A stretch of DNA of 64,000 bases from Eledone cirrhosa (lineage: Eukaryota). Within the stretch, counting starts at the first letter, position 1. Each line of letters starts with the position of its first letter. This document shows positions 38,227 to 52,710 of the stretch, in pieces. The notes under the pieces are model-generated. The model was not told the DNA's origin. It did no database searches and worked only from the letters and a program-made list of their open reading frames with translations. A program made the position numbers and the translations under genes. The stretch covers positions 77,686,001 to 77,750,000 of the forward strand of contig OZ024741.1 of assembly GCA_964016885.1 (NCBI GenBank), read 5' to 3'.

Positions 38227-40410
38227 TAATGAAGAATAAAAAATAAATAAAAATAAACTAGGTGGGACGGAAATAAAGGGACCCTTATACGAGGTATAAG
38301 TGCGTGTATCGTACGGTGACGGGTCAACAAAGGGGGGGGGGGGGGGCAAGAGACTACCACAAAATAATAAAGGTTTCTACCCCAATCACAGGGCCAGCAA
38401 CCACCCAGAGCAAGAAAGTAAACTAGTACGAGAATATAATTCAGGGTCCCGTTAAAAAAAACAAAAAAAACGTTCTAACTCTAAGGGTACCGCCACGAAA
38501 CAGAAAGTCTTATATAAGCTACATGAAAGATCGTACGAAGTAAAAGTAAAGAACGGAGAATTAATACAGAAAACACCCCCCCCCCAAAAAAAAAGAGGGA
38601 AGAAATACTGGATAAACGAGAAATTAAAGCAAAGATGCCACTAAGAAATATAGAAGGCACGGAAAAAAGGGATAGCGGTCGGAGAAGGGGGCAAGTATCC
38701 GAAGTCTAACACCTCTGCTATAAAAAGCGGAGTCAGCCAAATCTATCGTAGAATAGGGGAGGGGGGTGGTGGTGCTGAAGCTACAAGGGACCGAGGGGCT
38801 ACCTCGGGTGGGCGAGAAAAAGACGACGACAAAGAAAGGGAACTGGGGTAGAAGGACTAGGGAGGGATGGGGGAAGGAGGAAATATAGAGGAAGCGATAA
38901 AAAATGTAAAAGATCTTACGGCTCCATTGGCAAGCAGCGGTTACCCCTTACAAAATAGGCAAGTGGGGTGTTATAGCCCTAGTCTATCTCCCCGGGTCAT
39001 TATGGGGTTTGAGGGCGAGGTAAGTCCTACGTAATCGGTGTTTACATGCAGTAACCAGTTCATCTTTCTTGTTTAGGAGTTGGTCCGTCGAAAACAGCAT
39101 TTGTAAAGTTTCCTCCGAGCATAAATTGCACGGACAGCGTCCTTCCGTGTAAGAGTTGGCTCTGGACAGTAATTTCCAAGTGAGATCATAGTTGATGTTG
39201 TTGTCTTTGAGGTCCCATATGTGGCCCGAAAGTGTAGTGGCGTGACGCCGGGCCGGGTTTCGGAAGGTATGTCCGTGTTGGTATAGCCGGGTCTTGAAGT
39301 CACATGCGGTTAATCCTATATAAGCTTTGTTGGAGGTGTCCGTGCTCACGTTGCACTGGTAGATCACATTACGGTCTCTGCATCTGTTGTCGAGGGGGCA
39401 ACTGGATCTATCAGGACAGTTGCACCTCCTGGTCGGCTCTCCACTGCTATTTAGGTTGTTTCTTCCATCAGGGTTGAGTTTTTTGTTGTTGGAGGAGACA
39501 ATGTTTTGTGCGAAGTTAGGTGTAGTGCTGTAAGAGAGTTTGATGGTATTTTTGTTAATTATGTTGTGGTAGCGGTGTTGTGGTGGGAAGTGTTTTTCAA
39601 TGAGCCTAAAGAAAATTTTCCCGATGGGAGTTGTCACCTCGGCGTTGTGGGGAGCATTGAACCATGTTACATTGCGTGAGCGGCGGTGTCGCCTGCTGGT
39701 TCCGCTAATGGGAGCTGGACAGTAGGATATTTCCTCCCGGAAGCCACTCCGCTTGAGGGCCTGGTTGTAATAAGGCGCATGTTCATCGAATATTTTCTCA
39801 TTGGCTGACAAACGGGATATGCGGAGGGAGATGTTTTTGACCAGGTTGTTGGTGATGTTCCTAGGATGGTTAGATCGGCGGTGGATGTAGTGCAGGTTGT
39901 CATTGGGTTTCCTGTATGGGTAGTACAGGTCATTATTGAAATCGAGGGTAACGTCCAGGAAATTAACTCGGGTCAGGGACGTTTGTAGGGTTATTTTAAA
40001 TCCCCAGTCGCGGAAGAAGCTGATTAATTGAAGCTGATTAAAAGAAGCTGATTAATTTGACCCGATCTGTACTACTGGGGTTGTACCCTTTAAGGGTAAG
40101 GAGCCCATCATCACGGTACAATCCACCACCGAAAGCAGGAAACATATCGGTGAGTTTGGCTATAAGGAATAATCCTATAAGATCCGTGACCTCCGCCGAA
40201 TCCGTAGCGCCCATGCTGACGTCGAAGGGTGAGTCGGGAGCTCTTTTTATCCATTTGGAGTTGTCAAAGAGTAAGACTGTCTTCCTGGCGTGGAGGATGA
40301 TTTTTCTTTCCTGGTCGGTGATGGGCACGAGTGCTTCGGCGAAGTCTAAGGCGGCAGTAAGTAGCGGTAAGGTGATAGAAGCATAGTAGCTCTCTATGTC
40401 GAACATATAA
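37692..40410 (-). mobile_element. Penelope-like element: RT C-terminal half, GIY-YIG endonuclease, long 3' UTR
   Basis: FDIESYYASI, VSMGATDSAEVTDL, GLYRDDGL (RT); CNC...CPLDNRC, NVIYQC, KAYIGLT, FKTRLYQH, CNLCSEE (GIY-YIG, ORF 38984-39811); 3' end joins (TA)n. Confidence 0.92.
37706..37799 (-). ncRNA. Type I hammerhead ribozyme candidate with U3-A8 core, in the PLE 3' terminus
   Basis: acccc-UUGAUAA-g..cggcta...tagccg..c-GAAA-c-ggct-tgagctc-agcc-UUC-ggggt. Confidence 0.7.
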
Positions 40411-40411
40411 T

Positions 40412-41830
40412 ATGTGGTGCAGTAGTATTCTCATAAATTGCTACAAAGGTAAAGGGGATGCTCTAGAGAGGAGCAATTATAGGGGCATAAAGCTGATGAA
40501 TCAGGTTATGAAAGTGGCAGGGAGAATATTAGCGCAACTGATTAGAGAAAGGGTCAAATTAGATGAGATGCATTTTGGTTTAGTGCCTCAGAAAAGTACA
40601 ACAGATGCCCTCTTCTTAGTGAGGCAGCTACAAGAGAGGTTCTTAGAGAAGAATAAGCCACTATACTTAGCTTTTGTTGGCCTAGAGAAGGCCTTTGATA
40701 GAGTACCTCGATCTGTCATCTGGTGGTCTCTAAGGAAACTAGGTATAGAGGAATTGTTTAGTGAGGAATTCCAGATACAAGTAGGTGTACATCAGGTTTC
40801 TGTCCTCAGAGGAGTTTAAGACTGGCTGCCCATGGGAACTTCTCTATGCTGATGATCTAGTTCTTATAGCAGAATCAGTAGAGGAGCTAGAGAATAAATT
40901 CTGGCTATGGAAACAGCAGGTGGAATCAAGAGGACTGAGAGTGAACATAGCTAAAACAAAAGTGTTGATAAGTAGAAGAGAAGACAATACTCTGGTTCCA
41001 TCGGGGAAATGGCCATGTTCGATATGTAGGAAAGGAACTGGCATAAATTCCATAAAATGTACGCAATGCAGATCTTGGGTACACAAGAGATGTAGTGGGA
41101 TAGTAGGCAAACTAACAGGTAGGGAAAACTACGTATGCAGTAGATGTACAGCGAAAGTTAGCAGTAGTAATCGCAGTGATAGACACATTTCCAATGCAGG
41201 TGGATTCTATAGAAGTGGTTGATAGCTTCCGGTACCTAGGTGATCAGATTAGCATGGGAGGAGGGTGTTCCGAAGCCGTAGTATCTAGAATGACGGGTTG
41301 GAAGAAGTTTAGGGAGCTGCTTCCTCTGTTGACAAAGAAGGGTTTCTCCCTGCGTATGAAAGGACAGTTATATAATGCCTGTGCGAGATGCACGATGCTG
41401 TATGGTAGTGAGACATGAGCAGCAACTGCAGAAGATATGCGATGCCTGGAGAGAAATGAAGCAAGTATGTTCCGTTGGATGTACAATGCTAATGTGCGTG
41501 AAGGACCAAGCATAGACGAGTTGAGAAAGAAACTGGGTATAAGAGAGATAAGTTGTGGTGTGCAGGAGAGAAGGGTAAGATGGTATGGACATATGATGTG
41601 CATGGAGGATGACCGCTGGGTAAAGAAGTGCCAAGAAATCCCAGTAGAAGGAAGACGCAGTAGAGGTAGACTACGAAAAACATGGCGGAGCTGGTGAGAG
41701 CAGACCTCAGATCGCTGAAACTCACCGAGGAGATGACGAAGGACCGTGACAAGTGGAGAGATGCTGTGCTGAATAGGACCAGTCCAACCCTTGCAAGCAG
41801 GGAGAAGCGGACGTAAAATGATGATGATTA
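40412..41830 (+). mobile_element. RTE-clade LINE fragment, degenerate
   Basis: [31 protein letters not shown], zinc finger, FRYLGD; frameshifts; (GAT)n tail. Confidence 0.92.
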
Positions 41831-41901
41831 TGTGTGTGTGTGTATATTTCATCATCATCGTTCAATGCCTACTTTCCCTCCAAGCAAGATATATATATAT
41901 A

Positions 41902-44782
41902 TCATCATCATCTTCATTTAACGTCCATTTTCCACGCTAGCATGGGTTAGACGGGAGTTTTCGCACTTGAGGCAAGGTTGGTCGGGTGACCATGTCTCGC
42001 TCATATAGGACTATCTGGCAGGTTTTCTACGGCTGGATACCCTTCCTAACACCAACCACATTTACAGTGTGGAACTGGGAACTTTTTACCGTGTTACCTA
42101 CACGGCCACATTACAGCGTGGACTGTGTTTTTTTCTCGTGACACATACACGATCTCATTATCTCATTTATTTGGACTGGATGCTGTGGTATCAACTTTAG
42201 AGAGAAGGTGGTGTTGGTGGGAGTGGGAGGATAGAGTAGGGGTAGTGGATTGTGGTGTATATTTGGTTAAGAGGTGCCTACTGACTGTAGGTTTCGCTTT
42301 GTACATAGGCAAGGCGGGACTTCTGTATTACTGCATAGCGCCAATGATCTCGGTCCAGTGACATTGTCTTAGAGAGGTGCAAATCTGTAAGGTTGGAATT
42401 TATCAGATCGTCCCAGGTTTTTCTGGGTCTACTTACTCCGTAACTACCTGCACTTTTTTATACAGCTGTCATCTTTCATGCGCATCACGTGGCCATACCA
42501 ACGTAGTCTTCTCTCAAGTAAACAGCATCTGATCCCTCTTATTCCTAATTCCTCACTTAGTTCATTTATGCTTTGCTGTTCACGTATATTACTATTACAC
42601 ATCGAACGGAGCATACATGCTTCGTTCCTTTCCAGTCTACGCAGGTCCTCTGCACGTAATGCCCATGTCTCACTGCCATGTAGCATTGCTGTTCGTATAC
42701 AAGCATCATACAATCTGCCTTTCATTTTTAGAGAGAAACCTTTTGTGGCCAACAGCGGTATAAGCTCTCTGAACTTTTTCCATCCCGTTCTGACTCTGGC
42801 TACTGTACTTTCAGAACACCCTCCTCCACTGCTGATTTCATCACCCAGGTAACGGAAAGTGTCTACTATTTCTATAGAACCATCTGGGCAATAGAAGGAG
42901 CTAGTATCCTGTGGACACCTGCTATCTATTGCACCTGAGCATCGGCCACATATAAAGTCTACGTTCTTAGATAGTTTACTTGTGGTCCCACTACATCTTT
43001 TATGTACCCATACTTTGCATTTGGGACATAAAATGGAATTTCTGCCTACTCCTTTCCTACACACTGAACATGGCCATTTCCCTGAGGGTACCTGTGCCTT
43101 ATTTTCCTTTCTACAAACTAGGACTTTAGTCTTAGACAAGTTAACTTTAAGGCCTTTTGATTCTAGGCCATGCTTCCATGTTTGGAATTTCTTCTCTAGT
43201 TCAGGTCTTGAATTCCTCTGTTATAGCCTGAAGGGCTATAAATAGGAGGGGGATAAGGACAGAGCCTTGGTGAACACCAACTTTTACACTAAATTCTTCA
43301 CAATATTCATTGTTAATTCTAACCTTACTGACTGTTTCATTATACATAGCTTGTATAGCTCTCACAAGCCATTCATCTACACCTAGTTTTCTAAGAGCCT
43401 ACCAGATAATGGAGTGGGGGACTCTGTCAAAGGCTTTCTCCAGGTCTACAAAAGCTAAGTAGAGGGGTTTACTTTTAGCTAGGTACTTCTCTTGTAGTTG
43501 TCGTACAAGGAAAAGAGCGTCTGTGGTACTTTTACCTGACACAAACCCAAACTGCATTTCATCTAGATCAATTCGCTCTCTGATTAGTTGCGCTATAACT
43601 CTTTCTGTGACCTTTATGACCTGGTCAACTAACTTAATGCTTCTATAGTTTCCTCTATCTAGAGCATCTCCTTTACCCTTGTAGCAGTTAATGATGATGC
43701 TGCTACCCCATTCTGTATTACTTGGTTAACTATACGGGTGACCATAGTATGTCTCACCATTGCAGATGCCTTCAACATCTCGGCAACTATCTCCGAGGGC
43801 CCAGCTACCTTGCCTGTCTTCATATCTTTGATTGCCTTACTTATTATACTACCTTTAACTTGGATCGATTTGGGGCAAACTATCTTTTTCCCACTTATTC
43901 TCCTCATTTAATAGTCTCTCGTAGTGACACTTCCAGGCTATCTTCTTATCAGCATCAGTGAAGGCAAGTACACCGTTATCATTACGGACACACTTCTCCC
44001 CGACAATATCACGGTTTTCCTTGACACATTGTCTAGCAATCCTGAACACCTCACGTTGTAGAACATGCTTGAACTTTCTTTCCTCTGCTTCCCTTTTTGC
44101 AAGGTACACTTGTCTTCTAGCTTCTCTCCTGGCCACATGATAGTGTTCTCTACTTCCCCTATCCTGCCATACTTTCCAAGCCTGCTTTTTGGCCTTGATT
44201 GTCTCTTCTACCTTACTGTTCCACCACCAAGTTACTCTCCTCCTGCCAATAGGTCTGCTCCAGCCACAGATTTCATCCGTTGCTTTCAGCAGGTTCACTT
44301 TCAAGAATTGCCACTGTTCCTCTATATCGCACGTCTCTAATTGCTCTTCCTTATTATCAAAGGCATCAAGTAATAAGCTTTTAAATTTGTCACTGGCTAT
44401 GGGGTCCTTCAATTTCCATATTCTTCTCCTCAAGGTAGGCCTCCTCTGTCGTCGAGTATGTCTATTCCTGACTATGAGGTCACTGACTACTAGGCTATGT
44501 TGGGAGGTGCATTCTTCACGAGGGAGTGTTTACAACAGACACTTTGTCCCGTCTTCTAGTAAGGATATAATCTATCTGGCTGGCGTGTTCCCCTGATCTA
44601 TAGGTGATCAAGTGGTTTTCACGTTTTTTTAAGTTTGTGTTACAGATAGTTAGGTTATTGGCGTCACAGAATTCCAGGATTCTGAAGCCTTCCTCATTTC
44701 TATTTCCAACCCCATAGCCTCCATGGATTCCATCATAGCCATCACTATGTTGTCCAACGTGGCCGTTTAGATCGCTTGCAAT
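41902..44782 (-). mobile_element. RTE-clade LINE, 5'-truncated and degenerate
   Basis: ORF pieces 43855-44433, 43659-43907, 42444-43139 match the 18626-21516 protein; APE remnant up to ~44780; (CAT)n tail. Confidence 0.92.
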
Positions 44783-44792
44783 AATTAATTAA

Positions 44793-44834
<42 letters not shown>

Positions 44835-45823
44835 GCAAAACCTTGGATAAGATGTTGCCTCATAATCCTAGCAGACAACTGAAGAAGCATTACTTCAGAT
44901 GATATTAAGGGATGTGCGCTGAAAGAGCCAGTTCGACTTGTGGATTTCATTCAATCTGGCAGTCAACTCTGTTGTGATAGCAGTTAGTAGGGAGGTGATT
45001 CAGAGTTCCGGTGATGCCTGTAGTGCCCATTGTTATAGCTTAGATGATAAACTTATGGAAAATGAATTATATTTCAGCAGCTTGCAATCTTCAGCATGTC
45101 AATGAAACCTAGGTTTGACACTGAATTCACCAAGCTATTGCTGGAGAAGGTATTGCTGCAGGTTGTGTATCAGGAGATTGTGATATTATCTGGCCTTTTG
45201 CTGTCCCTTTGGTCTGGTCTAACCTGACCTGCTCAAGCTGCAAAATGGAAGCCAGCAGCATCTAAGCCACGCTTAACGATATCGTTGAGAGCCATATGTC
45301 ATGGGAGGTGACCAGTATTTAAATGGTATGGCAACGGGTGAAGACTGAAAGCATCTACCATGAATCTAGAGCATATCCCTGCATTTATTTACTCTAAATT
45401 GATTTTTTTTTTTTTTTTTTTTTTTTTTTGTGAAAAGTTGGTGCCTTTAAAGTTGATTATCTGAATGTATTGTATGAAATAAACTGACCTATCCAAATGA
45501 TGATTGATTTCTCATTTGCTTCATGCTATGAAACTTGGAAACCAGCATGAGGGATTCAAAGGGAATTAAAGAGAAACATTTAACATTTTTGTTTCTGCCT
45601 TTTCATCATCATAAAATCGTTGAGATTCCATATTATAAATTAATATTTTGTTATTTATAAGGTTTATCGACATACTCTGTCATGGAACTGTTAATTTGTG
45701 CAGTATTTTGTGTTCAAATGTTTTTCCCCAGCTAAGTTTTAAATGAGCAGACATATAATCAAAGGCATTGTCATAATCGTCCCATCTATTTAGAGGTATC
45801 TAGCATTATGTTTTAGCAGCCAG

Positions 45824-46001
45824 GATTGGCAGTATCAGTAGATTGTCGGATGCCATGCTTTGCTGCATAGTTACACCCCTTTATGGTGTGAGTTCAAATC
45901 CCGCCGAGGTTCACTTTGCCTTTCATCCTTACAGGGTCGATAAAATAAAGTACCAGTAATCTACTGCGATAATTGCTGGCCTTGTGCCAATAGTAGAAAC
46001 A
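45824..46001 (+). mobile_element. tRNA-derived SINE with 19 bp TSD
   Basis: B-box gagttcaaatccc; conserved block tttgcctttcatccttacagggtcgataaaataaagtaccag; TSD attatgttttagcagccag at 45805-45823 and 46002-46020. Confidence 0.85.
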
Positions 46002-46814
46002 ATTATGTTTTAGCAGCCAGCTTTCGCAGATTGGGTAAACATGCAGATGTTCCCTCATTAGCGTTACTTTGTTATACCGACACTATACTGAGTTCTGTGC
46101 CTTATTGGTTTATCTTTCTAGAATAGGTACTTCAGTGTTTCACCAGTTTCATGTTAAATAAAATGAGGAATTAGTTAGTAAAGTTGTTAGTGTAGGGTAA
46201 AAATACTTTGTATTTAATTATGTGCTTTTATGTTCTCAGTTCAAATCTCACTCAGGGTAACTTTGTTTTTCATCCTTCTGGGGAATATATACTGCATATC
46301 AGTTGAATGTTCAAGTTGATGTACTTAACTGCAGATTAAGTGTATGGTATCTGTGTGCTGGTGGTTCCATAGATAATTTCTGAATACCGTACACCAATGG
46401 ATACTTATAGGCACTTCTTCCAGAAGGATCGCAGCATAAATGCCCCTTTAATATTATGTTGACTAGGATAAATATTTAACCCATTGGATAACAACCCAGA
46501 CTACATCAGGTAACATTCTTAGTTAATCTTTTATCTGCTGTATTTATAAATAAATAATGTATGTATGTGTTGCTCACTAGATAACAGTTCTGTGGATTTG
46601 CCTGAGACCATGTAGAAACACAAGAGTAGTTGCAAACCAGGTTGAATATTTATTTTCTTATGGGAGAAAATGTGCTGTGTTTATTATGCCACAATATTTT
46701 TCTACCTACTCATGTTTATTGTTGAGATATCCTGTTCATGCTCTGCTGAGGGCTTTATCCACTCCCAAGTGAGGTAATCCAGAATTTAGTTTAATGCATA
46801 GAAATACACAATTC

Positions 46815-46960
46815 AGGCAGAGACGTTTGGATCTTGGGTAGAATGATTTGCTGTATTTGTTCTGGCTCTCTATTCTTTAAGTTCAAATCCTGGTGAGGTT
46901 AACCCAGCCTTTCATCCTTTCAAGATAATAAAGTACCAGTCCAGTACTGTGATTGATTAT
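46815..46960 (+). mobile_element. Degenerate copy of the same SINE family
   Basis: agttcaaatcctggtgaggttaacccagcctttcatcc...taaagtaccag; further decayed copies near 46170-46320, 48735-48865, 52970-53095 (+) and 61500-61820 (-). Confidence 0.6.
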
Positions 46961-48924
46961 TCTTCTACAGCTCTTTCTCACTGTCTTTCTCTGATATTCA
47001 CTTTCCTTCTCTAAAAGAAATTGGCTGTGTTCAAACTAGGTGAGGGTATGGGCTCTTCCAAGTTAAAAAAAAAAAGCCTAATAGATGCCATATGGCACTC
47101 CTATGACTTCACCAGGATTTATGAAGGCCCATGCATACATAAATGTAATCTGGTATTCTGATCCTGTATCCACTTGACTATTTTACACACACTTTATATA
47201 TTTTTGCAGTTAGATAAACTACAAGCATTCTTCATTTAAAATATATAATCTAGCCTCAGCTATTGAGAAAAGGTTATATTCTATACCTGTATTGCTGAAT
47301 GGTTAAAGAGTTTGCATTACAATCATTAGGTCCTGGGTTCACACTACTACCTGAATAAAACAGGAAAGACACATTGGGCAATGTAATTGTAGATATTTGA
47401 AAAATGGGGTGATCACAGCTGAAATGACATTCATCATAGGTTTGCTTAACCAGAGCTGATCTAGAGCTCAACAACACATACATAAAACAACATACATACC
47501 ACATTTATTTATACTTGCTATAGACACAGTGTGTACTCGTGTGTGTGTATATATTTATGCACATGCAACGATACACAATATACTCATGCACTTTTAGACA
47601 TACACACATGTAATACACATATGCATACATGTGTAATTACTGTATTTATCACTGTTGCATAATGTGCATTTCCCCCCCTAAAATTCAGGACCTACTGCTG
47701 ATCATACTTTTTTTTATATATTAAAATTTGTTTTTTATCTGACCTCCTTTCTTGAAATTAGGGTGAATGTTTTACACTGATGTGTGTTAAATGCCAATAA
47801 ATATGGTGTGTTGCACATGAAAGTTCATTAGATAATATAGTCCTCCTTTACATGATGGTCACAGCTGGAATGTCTTTGACTGATCCTACTCAATCAGGTT
47901 ACACATGCAGGTAGCATGTTGCACACACTGACATATGACCTATTACTAACACATTACAGGCATTGGCATAAACACAAAATGTAGCCTCTTCTCCCTGCAC
48001 ACGTTCAGAATGTGGCAACTATCTACTTCACACACACGCATGTGATAATTATGCACACACACACACACACTGCCTTGTATGCAATATGCGATACCTAGCT
48101 ACATGATATCTATACCCTACACACACACATAAATGACCCCCCCCCCCCTCCTCACACTTACATTACTTTCACAGTTACATTTTACTGTGAACTGTTGAGT
48201 ACAGAAGTTGGGGTCAGAAGCAGTTCAAACTAGGAACATTTCATCATGACCTACTTTTCTTTCTGCCCCTGAGGGTGAACAGTGGAGAGAGTCTGTTAGT
48301 TATGTCCCCAATCTCTACCCTCTTCTTCACTTCACATTGACTTCAAGCAATGAACACTGCCTTCTATGATGTCTCCTTATTTTTGTGCAGTTCCTCTCAT
48401 ATTGTTTCTTTTTTTTTTTTCTAGTTTTGTGAGGTGGTTTTTACAAGGGTGTGTGTGGGTGCTTTTCTACCACCCAGGTTTTGGTTGCCTATAGGAATAA
48501 GATTACAGCTTATTAATTTTGTTTATACCCTTTGAATTATTGATTTTGGCATTTGTTAACTTTAACCTCATCAGTGAAGTTTTGACAGTTTCTGGTTTTG
48601 TTTTTCTAGGGATGGATATGAGGAAGAAAAGTGGGAGGGAGTGCAGAGTTCAACATAGCAGTATTTGCTCTGGCTCTTAGCACTCTTAGTTCAACTTTTC
48701 TTTTTATTGGTGGTGGGAGTACCTGTTAAGAGTGGTGGATTAGCAGAATTGTTAGTATTTGGATGGGTCTTGCATTACTTTTGTTGTAATATGTTCTTAG
48801 TTTAAATCCTGCCAAGATTTATTTTGTCTTTTATTCCTTTTGGGATCTATAAATAAAGTACCAGCCCAGGACGGTGGATTGGTGGAATTGGGAAAGCATC
48901 AGACTAGGTGTCTTGCAGTATTGT

Positions 48925-50900
48925 CCCGTTTGAGGCAAGTCAGGTCAGGTAATCATGACTTGTTCATAGAGAACCATTTCTGGCTTGGTTTCTAAGGCTG
49001 GGTTCTTTTTGTTGTGACACCTATATGACCACTTTACAGTGTGGACTGGGCACCAGGGCAGAGGTGTAAGGGCATGGGAGAAGAGTGGTGTGATCATGTG
49101 TCTGTAGAGTGTTAGGGTGTGGGAGGGAGGATAGTAGTTGAGGTGCATACTAGATGTATGCTTCAGTCTGTGCATGGAAAGGTGAGTCTTCTGTATTACT
49201 GCATAACACCAAAGATCTTGATCCTGTGTCATTGTCTTTGAGAGGTGCAAATGTGCAATGTCAGCTTTTATCACTTCATCCCAGGTTTTCCTACTCCATA
49301 TCTTCCATCAACTTTGATCGCTCTGCACCTTTTTATGCAGCTATCATCCTTCATATGCATCACACGTAATCTCCTCTCCTGCACACAGCATTTGATTCCT
49401 CTTACGCCTAATTTCTCTTGCAGTTCATTTACGCTTTGCCATTCGTGCATATTACTATTACACATCTATTGGAGCAAGCAGACTTCCTTTCTTTCCAATC
49501 TTCACAGGTCCTCTGCACACAGCTCCCAGGTATCACTACCATGTAACATTGCTGTTTGTATACATGCATTGTACAATCTGCCCTTCATTTTGAGGGAAAA
49601 ACCGTTTGTAGCTAGCAGTGGTAGTAACTCCCTGAACTTTTGCCATTCCTTTCTTACTCTGGCTACTGTATTTTCGGAATACCCTCCCCCACTGCTGATT
49701 TGGTCACCCAGATAACAGAAACTGTTGACTATTTCTGCAGAGCCCTCTGGGTATTTGAAGGAGCTAGTATCCTGTGGGCTCATGCTATTTACTGCACCTG
49801 TACATTGGCTGCATATAAGATCTCCAATCATTGATAATCTGCCTGTGATCCCACTACATCTTTATGTACCCATAGCTTGCATTTGAGACATACAATGGAA
49901 TATCTACCTACTCTTTTCCTGCACACTGAGAGAATCTGGGCCCCCGTTTTCCTTTCTACATACTAGGACTTTAGTCTTTGACAAGTTAACTTTAAGAGCT
50001 TTTGATTTTAGGCCATGCTTCCAGGTTTGTAATTTCTTCTCTAAATTCTACCATAGATTCAGACGGTTAGATCATCTGCATACTGAAGTTCCCATGGGTA
50101 GCCAGTCTTAAACTCTTTTGTTATAGCATGCAGGACGATAAACAGGAGAGAGAGCTAAGGATGAAACCCTGATGGACACCTACCTGCATGCTAAATTCTT
50201 CACTATAGTCATTGTTAATTCTAATCTTGCTCTGTTTCTCTATACATGGCTTGTGCAGCCTTCACAATCCACTCATCTACTCATAGTTTTCTAAAAACCC
50301 ATCAGATAATGAAATGGGGAACTCTGTCAAAGGTTTTCTCCAGGTCAACAAAAACTAAGTAGAGGGGTTTACTTTTAGCCTGGTACTTCTGCAGTTGCCT
50401 CCCAAGGCAAAGAACATCCATGGTACTTTTACCTGACACAAATCCAAACTGCATTTCATTTTGGTTAATTTGGTCCCTAATCAGCTGTGCGATAACTCAT
50501 TCTGTGACTTTCATGACCTGGTCAAACAACTTAATGCCTCTATAGTTTTCTATCTAGAGCATCTCCTTTGCCCTTGTAGCAGTTGACAATAATGCTGCTA
50601 TGCCAATCATTGGATATGACACCATTTTGTATTACTTGGTTTACAATACAGGTGGCCATGGTATGATCCTCCATCCCAGAAGCTTTCAGCATCTCAGCAA
50701 CTATTCCTGAAGATGCATCTGCTTTGCCTGTCATCATATCCTTGATTGCCTTACTTACTATGCTACTGCTAACTTGCACAGCTGGTCCCTCTGTTGGAGC
50801 AAATTATCTTCATCCCATTCATTCTCCTCATTTAGTAGTCTTTCATCGTGGCACTTCCTTGCTACCTTCTTTTCAGCATCAGTGAGGGTAAGCCCATCAG
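48925..50900 (-). mobile_element. RTE-clade LINE, old degenerate copy
   Basis: ORF pieces 50540-50779, 49502-49831, 49271-49465 match the other RTE copies. Confidence 0.9.
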
Positions 50901-52525
50901 ATATGTATAAAGGTAACAAGTGTCAGTATTATAAATGCTAAAGGCCTGCCTTCAAATATGTAATAGCAAGGAATTTGTGATGATCGTGTCTTCTCCAAGG
51001 ATGGTTGGCTTCAACTAATAATTAAAATCAGTGCAAGCAGGGAAAAGCGAACGTAAAATGATGGTGATGATTGTGGATATTGTCAGTTCCCATTCTCAAC
51101 AAAAGTTTCATAGTTTTATGTCTATTTACATGGGTTGGACATGTCTACTTCATCACAAATTCTTGCCACTTGTTCATTCTCTTGTCATATCATTTGTGAG
51201 GCTTTGCCCTCTGATCATCCTTCACTTCTTTTCATATCATCCCTATCTGGCTACTACCATTTGGGTCACTTGACTACTCTTCATCCAAATGTCATCATCA
51301 TCATCATTTTACGTCTGCTTTTCCCTGCTTGCAAGGGTCCTTCATATATATCATATCAGTATCAGCAAAATCTCTCTTGCACACTGTTGGGACTAATTCT
51401 GATAGTGTCCATTTTCTTTGTCAGTCTTGTTTTTTATGTATGACATTGACATTACATACCCAATGGGTCCATTTTCTTTTCATTCTTCGCTCTTCACATA
51501 AGTCATATAATTTGTACTTCATTCAACATTAATAATTCCCTAAACTCTTTCCACTCCATCTTAGTAATTCTTGCTCCTATACATTTGCAACATCCATCTC
51601 TACTGAAACTGTTGTGGTTGAGCAACAACTGACTTCACTCTATTCCTTTGTATGTTTCAATACAATTTTAGGTTCCCCCTCCTCTATTCTGGTATCGGTT
51701 GGATAGTTTTGCAAATTTAGCTATTTTATTCATGTTGTCTTTCATATTGACTTGACTGTCATAAAATTGGTGAAACAAGATGTACAAAGAACGGGGTGGT
51801 CTTAGCTGGAATGTTATTTATTGATCATAGGTCTGCTTGGTTGATCAGGGTTAACAGCACATTTGAAATGTCAACAGTTCAGTAAGTGACCTGACAACAC
51901 ATTGACTCTGAGCAGCAGCTGTAAGTCCAAGTCCACATTAGAAGATAAACTAACTAATCTCTTGCCATTAGCATTCTTACCATTCTGTGTACTTGCCATT
52001 ATTTTTACTTGGGTGGTTTTTAACCAACACAACTTGGTCATTGGACTTTTAATAATAGAGTGAGTAAGTATTTAAATCTACTGGAATCTTTTAATTAAGC
52101 TTTCCTCTTATTTTAGAAGTGGGATATTTCTGTATAAAATAGAACTTGTTTATTTATATATATATTCATTTACTCATCTTTGATCATTGACTTATGATTG
52201 GAGTCAATACAACAATGACCATCTTGCTTTTTATTCAAACACGTCTAGGACTACATTATTTGATGTCCTTGTCATTTTTTTAAAAGACTAGGGTGTGATT
52301 TGAGAGAGATTTGTCTGCTATTTTTAGCACGTTGAACAACAGTGTAGACTCCAGTTGACATCTCCTGTTCATTCACTCTACCATTGTTTTCATATTCTAG
52401 CTGAAAAAACGGAATTTTTTTTTACCTCTAATTAAGGGCTGGAGAAAATTGAGTTTATTTGCTGGGAATGTAGCATTAATTAATTTCAGAGACCCAGTCT
52501 TCAATGACACAATAATACTAATAAT

Positions 52526-52710
52526 TGTTTCTACTTCTGGCACAAGGCCAGCAATTATCCCAGTGTATTACTGGTACTTTATTTTATCGACCCTGTAAGG
52601 ATGAAAAGCAAAGTTAACCTCGACGGGATTTGAACTCCGACCATAAAGGACCGTAACTCTTTGCTGCAAAGCATGGCATCCAACCCTCTACCGATACTGC
52701 CAATCCACCG
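52526..52710 (-). mobile_element. tRNA-derived SINE with 16 bp TSD
   Basis: Reverse complement of the 45824-46001 family; TSD caataatactaataat at 52510-52525 and 52711-52726. Confidence 0.85.

Noticed and set aside
48590-48700. Possible host exon after a polypyrimidine-AG acceptor-like site
   Set aside because: No convincing donor, frame or homology; flanked by decayed SINE sequence.
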